A stretch of 64,000 nt of DNA, from the NCBI GenBank assembly GCA_963765765.1, contig CAVXYC010000020.1, positions 1 through 64,000 of the forward strand. The letters are read 5' to 3'. The stretch comes from an uncultured Chloroflexia bacterium (lineage in GTDB: Bacteria > Chloroflexota > UBA6077 > JACCZL01). Positions 41,292 to 50,834 of the stretch are shown piece by piece. Numbering within the stretch: position 1 is the first letter of the stretch; every line of letters begins with the position of its first letter. The translations under genes and the position numbers were made by a program. Under the pieces are notes generated by a model that made no database searches, had not been told where the DNA came from, and worked only from the letters and a program-made list of their open reading frames with translations.

Positions 41292-41750
41292 ATGGACATT
41301 GTTAATGACCTGGCTTATACGACCGGTATGGTCCTGTTCGGCGCGTTGATCGCGCTCGTTCTGGCCGCGGCCACGTCCATGCTCCTACTTCGGCAGAGCT
41401 GGCCGGCCATCAGGCAGGAAGTAGTGCAGCGTAATAGCACCGGCTATGGCGTCCTCACCGGTTCGGTATTCGTTGCCGTTTGCGCCCTCGTCGGAGTGGC
41501 GAACCGCCAGAGCATCTCGCCGGTGTGGGACCCAACGTTTTCGGAGCGGGTGAGCTTTCTGCTCCTGTGGGTCATCTTCGGCCAGGTGCTGTCATTCATC
41601 CTCTGCTACCTTGTGAACTTGATTCTCTTCGGGCTCTCACCATCACGTGTTACGAAGGAGTTACGCGACGACAAGAACGCCAGCGTAGCCGCGATCACCG
41701 GTATGACCTATCTGGGCGTGTCGATGTTGGTCGTATTTCGGATTTTCTGA
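41292..41750 (+). CDS. DUF350-like membrane protein (two-repeat form)
   Basis: Four TMs with repeated IRQEVVQRNSTGYGV / VTKELRDDKNASVAA motifs; GAGG RBS. Confidence 0.65.
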   Translation: MDIVNDLAYTTGMVLFGALIALVLAAATSMLLLRQSWPAIRQEVVQRNSTGYGVLTGSVFVAVCALVGVANRQSISPVWDPTFSERVSFLLLWVIFGQVLSFILCYLVNLILFGLSPSRVTKELRDDKNASVAAITGMTYLGVSMLVVFRIF

Positions 41751-41792
41751 GCCCGGGACTATCTGGGGTTCACTTGGATGAATGACCAGGTG

Positions 41793-41883
41793 TCCCCGTC
41801 ATCCTGAGTGCAGCGAAGGATCTTCGCCACCGGCGTCCGAATCACTGCGGAAAGATCCTTCGCTGCACTCAGGATGACGGGGA
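41793..41883. repeat. REP doublet: perfect inverted repeat of the GTCATCCTGAG family
   Basis: tccccgtcatcctgagtgcagcgaaggatctt ... aagatccttcgctgcactcaggatgacgggga. Confidence 0.88.
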
Positions 41884-41953
41884 AGCTGGGGTCTGGATCG
41901 TTGGCTCGTATCCGCACGGAGTCTCGATCTATGGCGTTCGATTTACAAGAAGC

Positions 41954-41997
41954 AGCGAAAAGCCCTGGTCTCAAGACGAGAACCAGGGCCTTTCGCT
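41954..41997. terminator. Intrinsic terminator-like hairpin between convergent genes
   Basis: agcgaaaagccctggt ... accagggcctttcgct. Confidence 0.7.
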
Positions 41998-42014
41998 AGT
42001 TGTCGGTGAAGAAT

Positions 42015-42947
42015 CTAGCTCTTCACCGTGCTCGGAACAAAGATCTCCTCAGGACTCACAGATCCGGAGATGATCTTCTGGTCGGCAGCGAACTTGATGA
42101 TCGCCTCGAGTGCCTTGCGGTTCGCTTCCACGCCGTAGGGCACGGGATCCGCGCCAACCAGGTCGCGTGAGGCGGCAAGCGTCTGCGCCTCAGGAGCGAG
42201 CTCGCCACTCGAATTCAGCGTGCCAAGGAATGCTTCTTTGGAGGCCTTGAAGGCGTTGTAGATCTCGTCAGCAACGCCCGGGTTCGCCTGAAGAACGGAG
42301 TTCTTGATTACGATCATGTGGTTGATCGGATAGATCCCCGTCTTCTTGTACCAGTCCGCGGCGGCCTGCTGAGCATTGGGAATCAATGGTTTCACATCCG
42401 GTGAATCAATCTTCCCGAGGCCGATACCCGCGGCGAGCTCGCCATTGGCCACCATGTCGGCCAGATTAGCTCCCTCGGGAGCCTTCTCCACGTTGCTGGG
42501 CGCTTTGTACTCGGCGACGTGCTCTTCGTCCGCGATAACGAGGGTGGTCTTGTCCCAGTCCACTCCGTACTCGCTGGCCAGGATGCCACGAGCCCACACG
42601 CCGGTGGTGACAGTGTATGCACGTACGCCTACCCTCTTGCCCGATAAATCCGACGGCTTCTCGACACCGGATTTCGTGTTGTACGACGTAGCGCCATGGT
42701 GCCAGGCCCGCACTGGGAACACTGGGATAGCCGTGAACTCCTTACCGTTTGCGCGTGCACAGAGATAGGTCGTGATCGCCATCTCGCAAACGTCGAACTC
42801 GAGCGTTCGAACCATGCGGCGGAACGCACCGATGATCGGTGCCACTTCGACAAAGTCCAGATCGATCCCGCTCGGCTTGACCGAGCCGTCTTTGAGAGCC
42901 GCGGTGTGCGGATACGTGGCGATTGCCGTTTTCAACGAGAGTGCCAT
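42015..42947 (-). CDS. 4,5-dihydroxyphthalate decarboxylase-like SBP-fold protein
   Basis: FRRMVRTLEFDVCEMAITTY, IPVFP, GVRAYTVTTGVWARGIL, GIYPINH, PYGVEANR; GGAGG RBS. Confidence 0.82.
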   Translation of the reverse strand: MALSLKTAIATYPHTAALKDGSVKPSGIDLDFVEVAPIIGAFRRMVRTLEFDVCEMAITTYLCARANGKEFTAIPVFPVRAWHHGATSYNTKSGVEKPSDLSGKRVGVRAYTVTTGVWARGILASEYGVDWDKTTLVIADEEHVAEYKAPSNVEKAPEGANLADMVANGELAAGIGLGKIDSPDVKPLIPNAQQAAADWYKKTGIYPINHMIVIKNSVLQANPGVADEIYNAFKASKEAFLGTLNSSGELAPEAQTLAASRDLVGADPVPYGVEANRKALEAIIKFAADQKIISGSVSPEEIFVPSTVKS

Positions 42948-43034
42948 TGAAGCATGCCTCCAGAAAGTTCGCTGTTTAATCGGGGTCGGAGTCTAGGCGA
43001 ATCCAGGTAAGCCGTCAATCTACGCGGTAAGCCG

Positions 43035-44051
43035 TCAGCTGGGCGCGACCGTGATGCTGAGGACACCAGGCAGACCGCCCAATAACTGGTGGAACGATTC
43101 GGCACCGTCCTGACTCTGCCAGACGGCACCGTCAATCATCCCCGCGTAATAAGTGTCCGTCGACTCAACATCGCCAGTGAGCGCGCGTGGCACTCCAAAG
43201 TAGCCTTCGGGCAGACCCTCGCGCATCATCGTCCAGCTCTGGCCTTGATCTTCGCTGCGGATGAAGAACACGCCAGGATCCATTGGCTTCGACCACATAG
43301 CCGGCCCTAGCTTGGAGACGGCGCTTACGATGACCTGAGGGCGCGAGGGGTGAATCGCGATATCGGCAGGCGTGTAGCGGCAATCCACGATGCCGCCGTT
43401 CGACAGCGTCCAGCTATCACCGCGGTTCGTCGAGCGATACATTCCTTTTCCACCGGACGCGATGATCGTGGACTCGTTGTCCGGCATGATGGCCACGGCG
43501 TGACCATCGTGATCGAATCCTTCTGCGATCTGCTCCCAAGTTTCACCGCCATCCAGCGTCCGAACTGCCCAGCCTTCCTCGATTGCGCCGTAAATCAACT
43601 TCGGGTTGCCTGCGTGCAAGCTAATGGATTTCATGCGGCTGATGTGCGGCGGAACCGGCCCGGTCCACTCGCGAGTCGTGGGCAGGAAGTCGAGCTTGCG
43701 GAACTGCGTCCAGGTCTCACCATGGTCATCGCTGGCAAAGATAGCTGCCGGGCTGGTGCCTACGAACAACGTGCGGGTCACCGGGTGCTGCGCGATGCTC
43801 CAGACATCCTTATAGACGAGGCCGTTATTCAGCTCCTTCCAGCTCTTCCCGCGATCGTCGCTGCGAAAGAATCCTGCGCGCGTCGTGCCTGCATAGATCC
43901 GATTGGGATCGTCAATGTCGACAACCACGTTCGAGCGCATGGGCCCGGCGCCCTGGAAAGCCAGGAGTTCGGCCGAGTGGCCACTTCCGTTCGATGAGCC
44001 GACGAACAAGCCGTCGGTAGTTCCAATCAAGAGAGTGCTCGAGCTTGCCAT
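43035..44051 (-). CDS. BNR/Asp-box beta-propeller protein
   Basis: Repeated SDDRGKSW, SDDHGETW, TLDGGETW, STNRGDSW, SEDQGQSW, SQDGAESF; GGAGG RBS. Confidence 0.85.
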   Translation of the reverse strand: MASSSTLLIGTTDGLFVGSSNGSGHSAELLAFQGAGPMRSNVVVDIDDPNRIYAGTTRAGFFRSDDRGKSWKELNNGLVYKDVWSIAQHPVTRTLFVGTSPAAIFASDDHGETWTQFRKLDFLPTTREWTGPVPPHISRMKSISLHAGNPKLIYGAIEEGWAVRTLDGGETWEQIAEGFDHDGHAVAIMPDNESTIIASGGKGMYRSTNRGDSWTLSNGGIVDCRYTPADIAIHPSRPQVIVSAVSKLGPAMWSKPMDPGVFFIRSEDQGQSWTMMREGLPEGYFGVPRALTGDVESTDTYYAGMIDGAVWQSQDGAESFHQLLGGLPGVLSITVAPS

Positions 44052-44131
44052 AGCGACCTCCTCAGGAGTTCGGGTTATTCGGACGGCGTGTACCAGCACG
44101 GCGCATAGGCCGAAGACTTCCGGAAGCAACT

Positions 44132-44365
44132 ATGGTCCGCGGAGGCCCGAGTGTCAAGCGATGCCGATTGACTTTCTACGACGTCCGCACCTTCTTAAAG
44201 TCTCGGCTTGTCGAGGAGTTTGCCATCCCCACGTTCGCGGTACGGGACGATTTTTCCGAGAACTGGCTTGTTCGCGCGGGCCAATTGCTTTACGAAGCGA
44301 AACGATGGGGCCGCGACCGCGAGACAGGCTCGCTGCCTTCAGTCACTACCGCGGCCGCCTGCTGA
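44132..44365 (+). CDS. small hypothetical protein
   Basis: 77 aa ORF filling an intergenic gap; no motif; start uncertain. Confidence 0.3.
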   Translation: MVRGGPSVKRCRLTFYDVRTFLKSRLVEEFAIPTFAVRDDFSENWLVRAGQLLYEAKRWGRDRETGSLPSVTTAAAC

Positions 44366-44420
44366 GGCCGCGCACTCCTGACTGACTGCCAGAATAGCGG
44401 GCTGGTACCATGCTGGCACT

Positions 44421-45155
44421 ATGCTCGAAATATCATCGCGCCGGCCCCGTCAGTTCCTTTTCGCATTCAATACAGCGCTCGCAAGCGCGGCGCTTTTTGT
44501 CGCAACGATCGCTCATGCTCAGCCAACAGTCCCAGTCGCTGAGGACGAAGTCAGCGAGGGGGACACATCAAAGCCAAACGTCGCGCTTGTGCTCAATGTA
44601 GGAGCCGGATTTGAGCCTGGCCTCTCTATGCTCCAGGCGCTGTCCGATCGCAACCAGAAGCTCACATTCTTTGTGATGGGCTGGTGGGCCGAGCGACATC
44701 AGGACCAGCTTCAGCTCATCGCAGACGGCGGTCACGAAATAGCGAGCCACGGCCACTCCGTGTTTGAATTGACGAAAGTCTCCGACGCCGCGATACGAAA
44801 CGATCTGCAGGCCGCGGACGCCGCCATCAGCGCCGTGACTGGCAAGTCGACAAAGCCGCTCTGGTCACCATCTGCCGGCGACCGAAATGCGCGCGTGCGA
44901 GCCGTCGCCGCCTCCGAGGGCTATCGGCCGATCCTCTGGACGCTGGACAGCCTGGATTGGACATCCGATGCAACAGAGCAGAGTGTGTACACGCGGGTCA
45001 TGGAGCGCACCGGTAACGGCAGCATCGTGGTGATGCACTTCGATAGCCCCACCACCGTCCGTTCAACCGCGCTGGCTCTCCCAAGGATCATCGACGACCT
45101 GCGCGCGGGCGGGTACAAGATCATGACAGTGACGGAGCTGATGACTCAGCCTTGA
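44421..45155 (+). CDS. Secreted polysaccharide deacetylase (NodB) family protein
   Basis: Signal ending AHAQ; TFFVMG, HEIASHGHS, WTLDSLDW, IVVMH. The canonical TFDD motif reads VLNV here. Confidence 0.82.
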   Translation: MLEISSRRPRQFLFAFNTALASAALFVATIAHAQPTVPVAEDEVSEGDTSKPNVALVLNVGAGFEPGLSMLQALSDRNQKLTFFVMGWWAERHQDQLQLIADGGHEIASHGHSVFELTKVSDAAIRNDLQAADAAISAVTGKSTKPLWSPSAGDRNARVRAVAASEGYRPILWTLDSLDWTSDATEQSVYTRVMERTGNGSIVVMHFDSPTTVRSTALALPRIIDDLRAGGYKIMTVTELMTQP

Positions 45156-45183
45156 TTCTCGGGGTTGCGGGAGATCGGGAGGA

Positions 45184-45279
45184 ACCCCACCCCAGCCCTC
45201 CCCGCTGCGGCAGGCAGGGAGCGTGTTTAGGAAAACGAGAACCTGCCCTCCCTGCCGCAGCGGGGAGGGCTGGGTGGGT
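45184..45279. repeat. GC-rich palindromic REP/MITE-like element
   Basis: cccagccctccccgctgcggcagg ... cctgccgcagcggggagggctggg. Confidence 0.82.
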
Positions 45280-45345
45280 CGTCCTCTCGAACACCAGAAC
45301 CGCCTCTATCCTGAAACTTAGCCTTCCGTCGTATCATTTACTCTG

Positions 45346-46344
45346 ATGCTCAAGCTCTCTGTCCTGGACCAGTCGCCCATTGCGCGCGGCAAGACACCGG
45401 CCGAGGGTATCCAGGACACGCTCAGGCTCGCCGAAGCCGCGGATAAGCTTGGTTACCAACGGTACTGGCTAGCAGAGCATCACTCCAGCAAGCGACTGGC
45501 CAGCCCTTCGCCGGAGATCCTCATTGGTCAGGTCGCCGCGCGAACGTCCCGCCTGCGGGTGGGCTCCGGCGGTGTCATGCTCTCTCACTACAGCGCGCTG
45601 AAAGTCGCCGAATCGTTCCGCACGCTGGAGGCACTGTTCCCCGGCCGCATCGATCTTGGGATTGGGCGCGCGCCTGGCAGCGATCGACTCACCGCTCAGG
45701 CGCTGGCATCCGGTCCCGGCGCAATGAGCATCGAGTACTTCCCGAATCGGATTGCCGACCTGGTGCGCTTCATCCACGATGAGGTGGAACCAGAGCATCC
45801 CTTCGCCAATGTGCACGCCATGCCCACGGGTGAAACGTCCCCGGAGCTATGGCTGCTGGGCTCGAGCGCCGAAAGCGCCTCGTTCGCCGCGCATTTCGGG
45901 ACGGCATTCTCGTTCGCCCAGTTCATCACCGCCGAGGGTGGCCCCGCGGTAACCAGGGCCTATGCCCGCGCCTTCAAACCCTCCCAATATCTTGCTCAGC
46001 CCCTCGCCAACGTGGGCGTATTCGTCCTCTGCGCTGAGACTGAAGAGGAGGCCGCCGGATCTGAGCGCGCGCGCCAGCTTGCCCTGATCCGCCGATATAC
46101 CGGCCAGGACGGCGGCCCATATCCCAGTGTTGAAGAAGCCCTGAGCTATCAGCTCTCGGCACATGAGCTGGCGATACTGGAGCACGTGCGAAGCCGCACC
46201 ATTGCCGGAGTGCCCGAGGTGGTGCGAGCGAAACTCGAGGAGCTCGCCGCCGATTTCGAGGTCGATGAAGCAGTTGTCGTGACCGTGACAGCGGACTTTG
46301 AATCCCGCTTGCGCTCATATGAGCTTCTGGCAGCAAGCGTTTGA
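45346..46344 (+). CDS. LLM-class flavin-dependent oxidoreductase (YhbW-like)
   Basis: LSVLDQSP, YWLAEHH, GSGGVMLSHYS, GRIDLGIGRAPG, WLLGSS. Confidence 0.92.
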   Translation: MLKLSVLDQSPIARGKTPAEGIQDTLRLAEAADKLGYQRYWLAEHHSSKRLASPSPEILIGQVAARTSRLRVGSGGVMLSHYSALKVAESFRTLEALFPGRIDLGIGRAPGSDRLTAQALASGPGAMSIEYFPNRIADLVRFIHDEVEPEHPFANVHAMPTGETSPELWLLGSSAESASFAAHFGTAFSFAQFITAEGGPAVTRAYARAFKPSQYLAQPLANVGVFVLCAETEEEAAGSERARQLALIRRYTGQDGGPYPSVEEALSYQLSAHELAILEHVRSRTIAGVPEVVRAKLEELAADFEVDEAVVVTVTADFESRLRSYELLAASV

Positions 46345-46367
46345 GATGGTGTGAGGCGCAACCGATT

Positions 46368-47261
46368 ATGAAAGTTCGCATTGGCATTGGACTGGGCACG
46401 CAGAGCTTTCCCGTCGGACGGCTCTTTCCTGGAGCTGTGTCAGGAGATGGAGCGCATCGGCATCGATTCCATCTGGCTTTCGGAGCGCCTCACCGGACCG
46501 GCGTACGATCCGATCGTCAGCCTTTCATTTGTAGCGGGCGGGACGAAGAAGCTGAAGCTCGGCACCAGCGTGCTCGTTCTGCCGGGTCGGAACCCCGCGA
46601 TTCTCGCCAAAGAGCTCGCAACGCTCGATCGTCTCTCGAATGGTCGCATCATCCCAGCCATGGGTCTGGGCGTGGTGGATCCGATTGAGCACCAGGCCTT
46701 CCGTGTACAGCGAACCGAGAGATCTTCGATCTTCGACGAATCGCTACCGCTCCTACGTCGATTCTGGTCCGAAGATCACGTTACGCACCACGGGCAACAT
46801 TTCGACTTTGAGGACGTACCATCCAGCCGAAGCCGATTCAGCAGCTTCCAGACGTCTGGCTGGGCGGCATGGCTCCGAGCGAGCTACGCCGAACGGGCCG
46901 ATTGGGTGACGGCTGGCTGCCCAGCACGTGCACGCCCGCTGAAGCAGCCGCCGGTCGCGCGGCGATCGAGGAAGCCGCTGCCAACGCAGGCAGATCAATC
47001 GAACCGGAGCATTACGGCGCGAGCATCACTTATGTCGAAGATGAGATTCCAGACTACCTGGCCAAGCGCATCACCCGTCGACGCCCCGGAATCGATCCTC
47101 GGGAGCTCGTACCGATCGGGCTCAAGGAAACTCATGCGCTGATGGAGCGCTTCATCGACGTGGGCTTCACCAAGTTCGTGGTGCGACCTGCGAAGGAGCC
47201 GGAAAGCTGGACGCCTGAGCTCGAGCGCATCGCCGACCACCTCCTTACGCTGGAGAACTGA
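46368..47261 (+). CDS. LLM-class (possibly F420-dependent) oxidoreductase (frameshifted)
   Basis: MKVRIGIGLG, GIDSIWLSE, LGTSVLVLPGRNP, LATLDRLSNGR, GRLGDGWLP. Confidence 0.88.
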
Positions 47262-47386
47262 GGACAGGCACATGGCAGACGAATCACCGTCACAGGATGA
47301 ACTCCTCGGAAGTGGAATGCCAAGCTCCGCTGGGCGGGAAAGCGGCGCAGACCGCCGCAGTCCACAGCGCTTCACGCTGCCGCGAT

Positions 47387-48688
47387 CTAGCTCGACGCTC
47401 CCGGCACATGGTCCTCGAGCCTCGGACTCTCAACTCTCGGCGCACGCACGAACGGGATCAGGGCAATAGCAATGGCAACCATCACCGCCAGGAGTCCGAA
47501 TATCGCGCGTGGTCCATAGAGATCGGCGAGCCGCCCGGCCAGAATACTCGCCACCGGAGCCGCGATCGCGCCGCTCGCCGCTAGTGCTCCAGTTGCCGTG
47601 CCCATGTGTTGTCTCGGCACCAGATCGGCGAGGAGCGGCAGCGTCATTACCATGATGGCGGCGTTGCCGAACCCAGCGAACATGAATAGTGCTGCGCCCT
47701 CCGGAACAGTGGTGATGCCCAAACCGCCGAGTGCCACGCAGCCCATCACTGCGTAGCCAGCGCTCAGCACCCTGCGCTTGCCGAACCGATTCCCAAGCGC
47801 AGCCGCGGGGATGGCCAACGCCGTGGTCATGATGAGCATCAACGCCGGCAGCAGTTGTGCCTGTCCGACCGATGCCCCAAGGATATCCCGCGTATACACC
47901 GACACCAGCGGCAGCACCGCGTTCAGGCCCGACCAATACGCAAACTGCACGACGCAAAGCATTACGGCCCCGCTGTACCGCCGGGCCCCTTCGATGAGTC
48001 CGAGCCCCGTTTCCGATTCAACAACTGCGGACAGGCGGTCTGCTCGCCAGGCTTCAGGGTCAGGCTCCCGCACTCCGAAGACGGTCAGCAGCATGCCGAT
48101 AGACATCAGGACGCCGGCCAGCAAGAACGCCTCGTCGGGTACGCGGTCGGTCCAGAGCACGAAGCCCAGGAGCAGAATGGCCACCTGCCCAGACATGTCC
48201 ACGACCACGTTGAAACCTGAGAGCGTATTGCGATCTTCCGGGCTGGTGATGTCGGCCAGAAGCGCCTTATGCAGGTCGTCCATACTGTTGAAAGTGATGG
48301 TGAAGAGGAAGATGCTCGTGATCGCCGCGACCAATCCCGGTGCGGCATCTGGAAAGAGCCCAACCCCGATCGGAAGCCGCGAAATGTACGGTGTGGCAGC
48401 CAGCAGCACCGCGGAGCTCAATCCGCCTACCAGGATGAACGGTCGGCGCCTTCCGAGCCACCCAAGCCACAATCGATCAGACCACGTTCCCACCAGGGGA
48501 GAAACGAGCGCTCCTTCGAACGAACGCGTGTTCCCCATGAGCCCAAGGACCAGATACGAGCTCGTCAATCCGCTCAACCAGAGGGTGAGCGTGAAGTTAT
48601 TGAACGCACTGAATACCCCGATGCTGAAACTGGCGCCAAGATATGCGAGCCAGAGACGGCGACGGGCCGAATCTGTATCAGTCGTCAT
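47387..48688 (-). CDS. MFS transporter (maltose/sucrose-like)
   Basis: GTWSDR..LGRRRPFIL, ALLADI, GNRFGKRR, about 12 TMs. Confidence 0.88.
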   Translation of the reverse strand: MTTDTDSARRRLWLAYLGASFSIGVFSAFNNFTLTLWLSGLTSSYLVLGLMGNTRSFEGALVSPLVGTWSDRLWLGWLGRRRPFILVGGLSSAVLLAATPYISRLPIGVGLFPDAAPGLVAAITSIFLFTITFNSMDDLHKALLADITSPEDRNTLSGFNVVVDMSGQVAILLLGFVLWTDRVPDEAFLLAGVLMSIGMLLTVFGVREPDPEAWRADRLSAVVESETGLGLIEGARRYSGAVMLCVVQFAYWSGLNAVLPLVSVYTRDILGASVGQAQLLPALMLIMTTALAIPAAALGNRFGKRRVLSAGYAVMGCVALGGLGITTVPEGAALFMFAGFGNAAIMVMTLPLLADLVPRQHMGTATGALAASGAIAAPVASILAGRLADLYGPRAIFGLLAVMVAIAIALIPFVRAPRVESPRLEDHVPGASS

Positions 48689-48842
48689 CCGTCACCTTTC
48701 CGCCCAAGTTACTCGGAGCCAGATCGCGACCTCAGTTAGCAAGCTAATGACTGCTTCGACCCGAGTACAGCAATCAACGGCACAAGCATACTCAACGGAA
48801 GCCGCCCACATGATCGGGAGAATCGACATCCCGCCGGCGGCG

Positions 48843-48966
48843 CGACTGGGACCGCCGACATCCTGTCGGCTCGGGCCGGCCGGTGGACGGCACTGCCCGC
48901 TTAAATGTGAAGTTCTGAGGCGGCCCATTAGGGCCCGAGCCGACAGGATGTCGGCGGTCCCAGTCG
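48843..48966. repeat. Perfect 35-bp inverted repeat (REP doublet)
   Basis: cgactgggaccgccgacatcctgtcggctcgggcc (48843-48877) and its reverse complement (48932-48966). Confidence 0.92.
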
Positions 48967-49194
48967 AACGGAGCCGTCAAGATCGGTCCATGCCACGATC
49001 CTCAACCGCATGTTCGTGCAGGCTTCGCCGTCCGATGTCCGTTGACGCTGAGTTGTCAGGGTGCTACTGTGCCGCCTGTCTGGCCACACGCGGTCGTCAT
49101 GTCACTCTCGTTTGACGCACCTATGTCCCTTGCAGTGAAAGTCTGGGTGATCGTCCAAGTGCTGGCGGAGCTATCCGTCGAGATTTGAGCTCCA

Positions 49195-50481
49195 ATGATC
49201 ACGAACACAAGCAAACAACGGCTCGAGCGGGCCATGCTCGATGGCTTGACGGGCACATCCCGAAAGTCCGAGCCGGCTCGGGGAAAGTCCGCGGCCGGAG
49301 GATGGATTTGGGGGGAGCCTGAGCATTACGACAGAGCTCTCGCGATGGACCCCATGCAGCTCACGGCGTTTCTGCAAAAGACGCAGCCGGAGATCCCTGA
49401 CCTTGAGATCGGAAGTCCATCGCTGCAATCGTTTCTCACGCTCCTCCAGGATGAGATCATCCGGCGCGGCGTGGTGGATGTCCTTCGACGCGGAGTGAAG
49501 GATGGCGCCCATCATCGGGACTTGTTCTTCGGCGTGCGCACATCCGCGGATCCACCATCGCCCCGACGCTTTACACAGAATCGGTTCAGCGTCATACCTG
49601 GGCTTCGCTACAGTGAGGACGAGTCCCGGCCCACCGTGGATGTCTGCCTTTTTGTGAATGGCCTGCCCATCGCCACGATCGAGCTCTCAGAACGATCCGC
49701 AGACGATGCGATTGAGCGATACAAGAACATTCCCGCAGCTCAGGAGCCGCTCTTCCAGCCCGGTCGTTGCATGGCTCATTTCGCCGTGGACGAGAAGCAG
49801 GCATACGTTTGCTCCGAGCTTCGCGGGGCCGATTCGAGATTCCAGACATTTAATCAGGGTTCAAGTGAAGGAGCTGGAAATTCTCCCAATCTCTTTGGGA
49901 TCGCCACAGAGTATCTCTGGCGAGACATCCTCACGCGACCGAGCATGGTTGACATGATCGAGAACTACGCGCAGATGTTCGAACCAGATGACGGGCTCAC
50001 TGTTGACTCGCGTGCGGCACCGATCTTCCCGCGATATCACCAGCTCGATGTCCTTCGCCGACTTCTCGCGGATGTAGAGAATCGCAACGTCGGTCAACGC
50101 TACCTGTTAGAACACTCGGACACCAATGGCACGTCGCATTCCATAGCCTGGCTCACCGGTCAGCTTATTGACGCACAGCAAGATAGCGTTCGCATCTTCG
50201 ACACTGTCTTCGTGCTGACGGATCGACCGTCCCTCGTCCGTCACGTCGGGGAATCGGTCCGTGGATTCTCTAGAGTCGGTGCTCAGGTACGGCCCGAGAT
50301 AGACGCATCGACGCAGATCCAGGCAGCCATCGAGAGCGGCGCGAGAATCATCATCGCCAACGTCGACCAGCTCCCAGCGATTCTGGATGAGATCGAGGCA
50401 CACCAGCGCGGTCGCAGATTCGCATTTGTCTTTGATGAGGCCTCACAGATGGGACTGAGGAGCAGATTAACGGGGCGTTAA
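49195..50481 (+). CDS. hsdR: Truncated, catalytically degenerate type I restriction subunit R homolog, copy 1
   Basis: NRFSV, DVCLFVNGLPIATIELS, AHFAVD, FPRYHQLD, HSDTNGTS (eroded Walker A), VLTDR, VFDEAS; stops at 428 aa. Confidence 0.8.
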   Translation: MITNTSKQRLERAMLDGLTGTSRKSEPARGKSAAGGWIWGEPEHYDRALAMDPMQLTAFLQKTQPEIPDLEIGSPSLQSFLTLLQDEIIRRGVVDVLRRGVKDGAHHRDLFFGVRTSADPPSPRRFTQNRFSVIPGLRYSEDESRPTVDVCLFVNGLPIATIELSERSADDAIERYKNIPAAQEPLFQPGRCMAHFAVDEKQAYVCSELRGADSRFQTFNQGSSEGAGNSPNLFGIATEYLWRDILTRPSMVDMIENYAQMFEPDDGLTVDSRAAPIFPRYHQLDVLRRLLADVENRNVGQRYLLEHSDTNGTSHSIAWLTGQLIDAQQDSVRIFDTVFVLTDRPSLVRHVGESVRGFSRVGAQVRPEIDASTQIQAAIESGARIIIANVDQLPAILDEIEAHQRGRRFAFVFDEASQMGLRSRLTGR

Positions 50482-50659
50482 GCGGACGTACGCCCCTACC
50501 GAATACGAGCACCTTTGTTTTCGCTCCGACCGCCAACGCCACTACGCTGGAGCTCTTTGGCCGGCCGTTCAACGATCGCGGCACCACAAAGTATTCCCCC
50601 TTCCACTCGTACATCGGATAGTGTCGGCTAGCGAGTTGCGGATGTCGCCGGCAGCCAGG

Positions 50660-50817
50660 GCGGCCGATCATCTTGTCGGCCGGGCCCCTGAGGGCCGCCA
50701 TCGGGCACCACAGCTACGGTACGTTAATGGTACTTAGCCGGCGGCCCTTCGGAAGGGCCGGGCCGACAAGATATCGGCGGTCGCAGTTCAGTCGGGTCGA
50801 CAGCACGTCGGCGGTCC
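50660..50817. repeat. Degenerate REP cluster of the same family as 48843-48966
   Basis: gccgatcatcttgtcggc, gccgacaagatatcggcggtcgcagt and gtcgacagcacgtcggcggtcc, compared with gccgacaggatgtcggcggtcccagt. Confidence 0.7.
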
Positions 50818-50834
50818 AGCGCTATGATCTCCGA

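Noticed and set aside
47778-49115. 445 aa plus-strand ORF and similar long antisense ORFs across the window
   Set aside because: These are shadow frames of well-supported genes on the opposite strand, as expected in GC-rich DNA.
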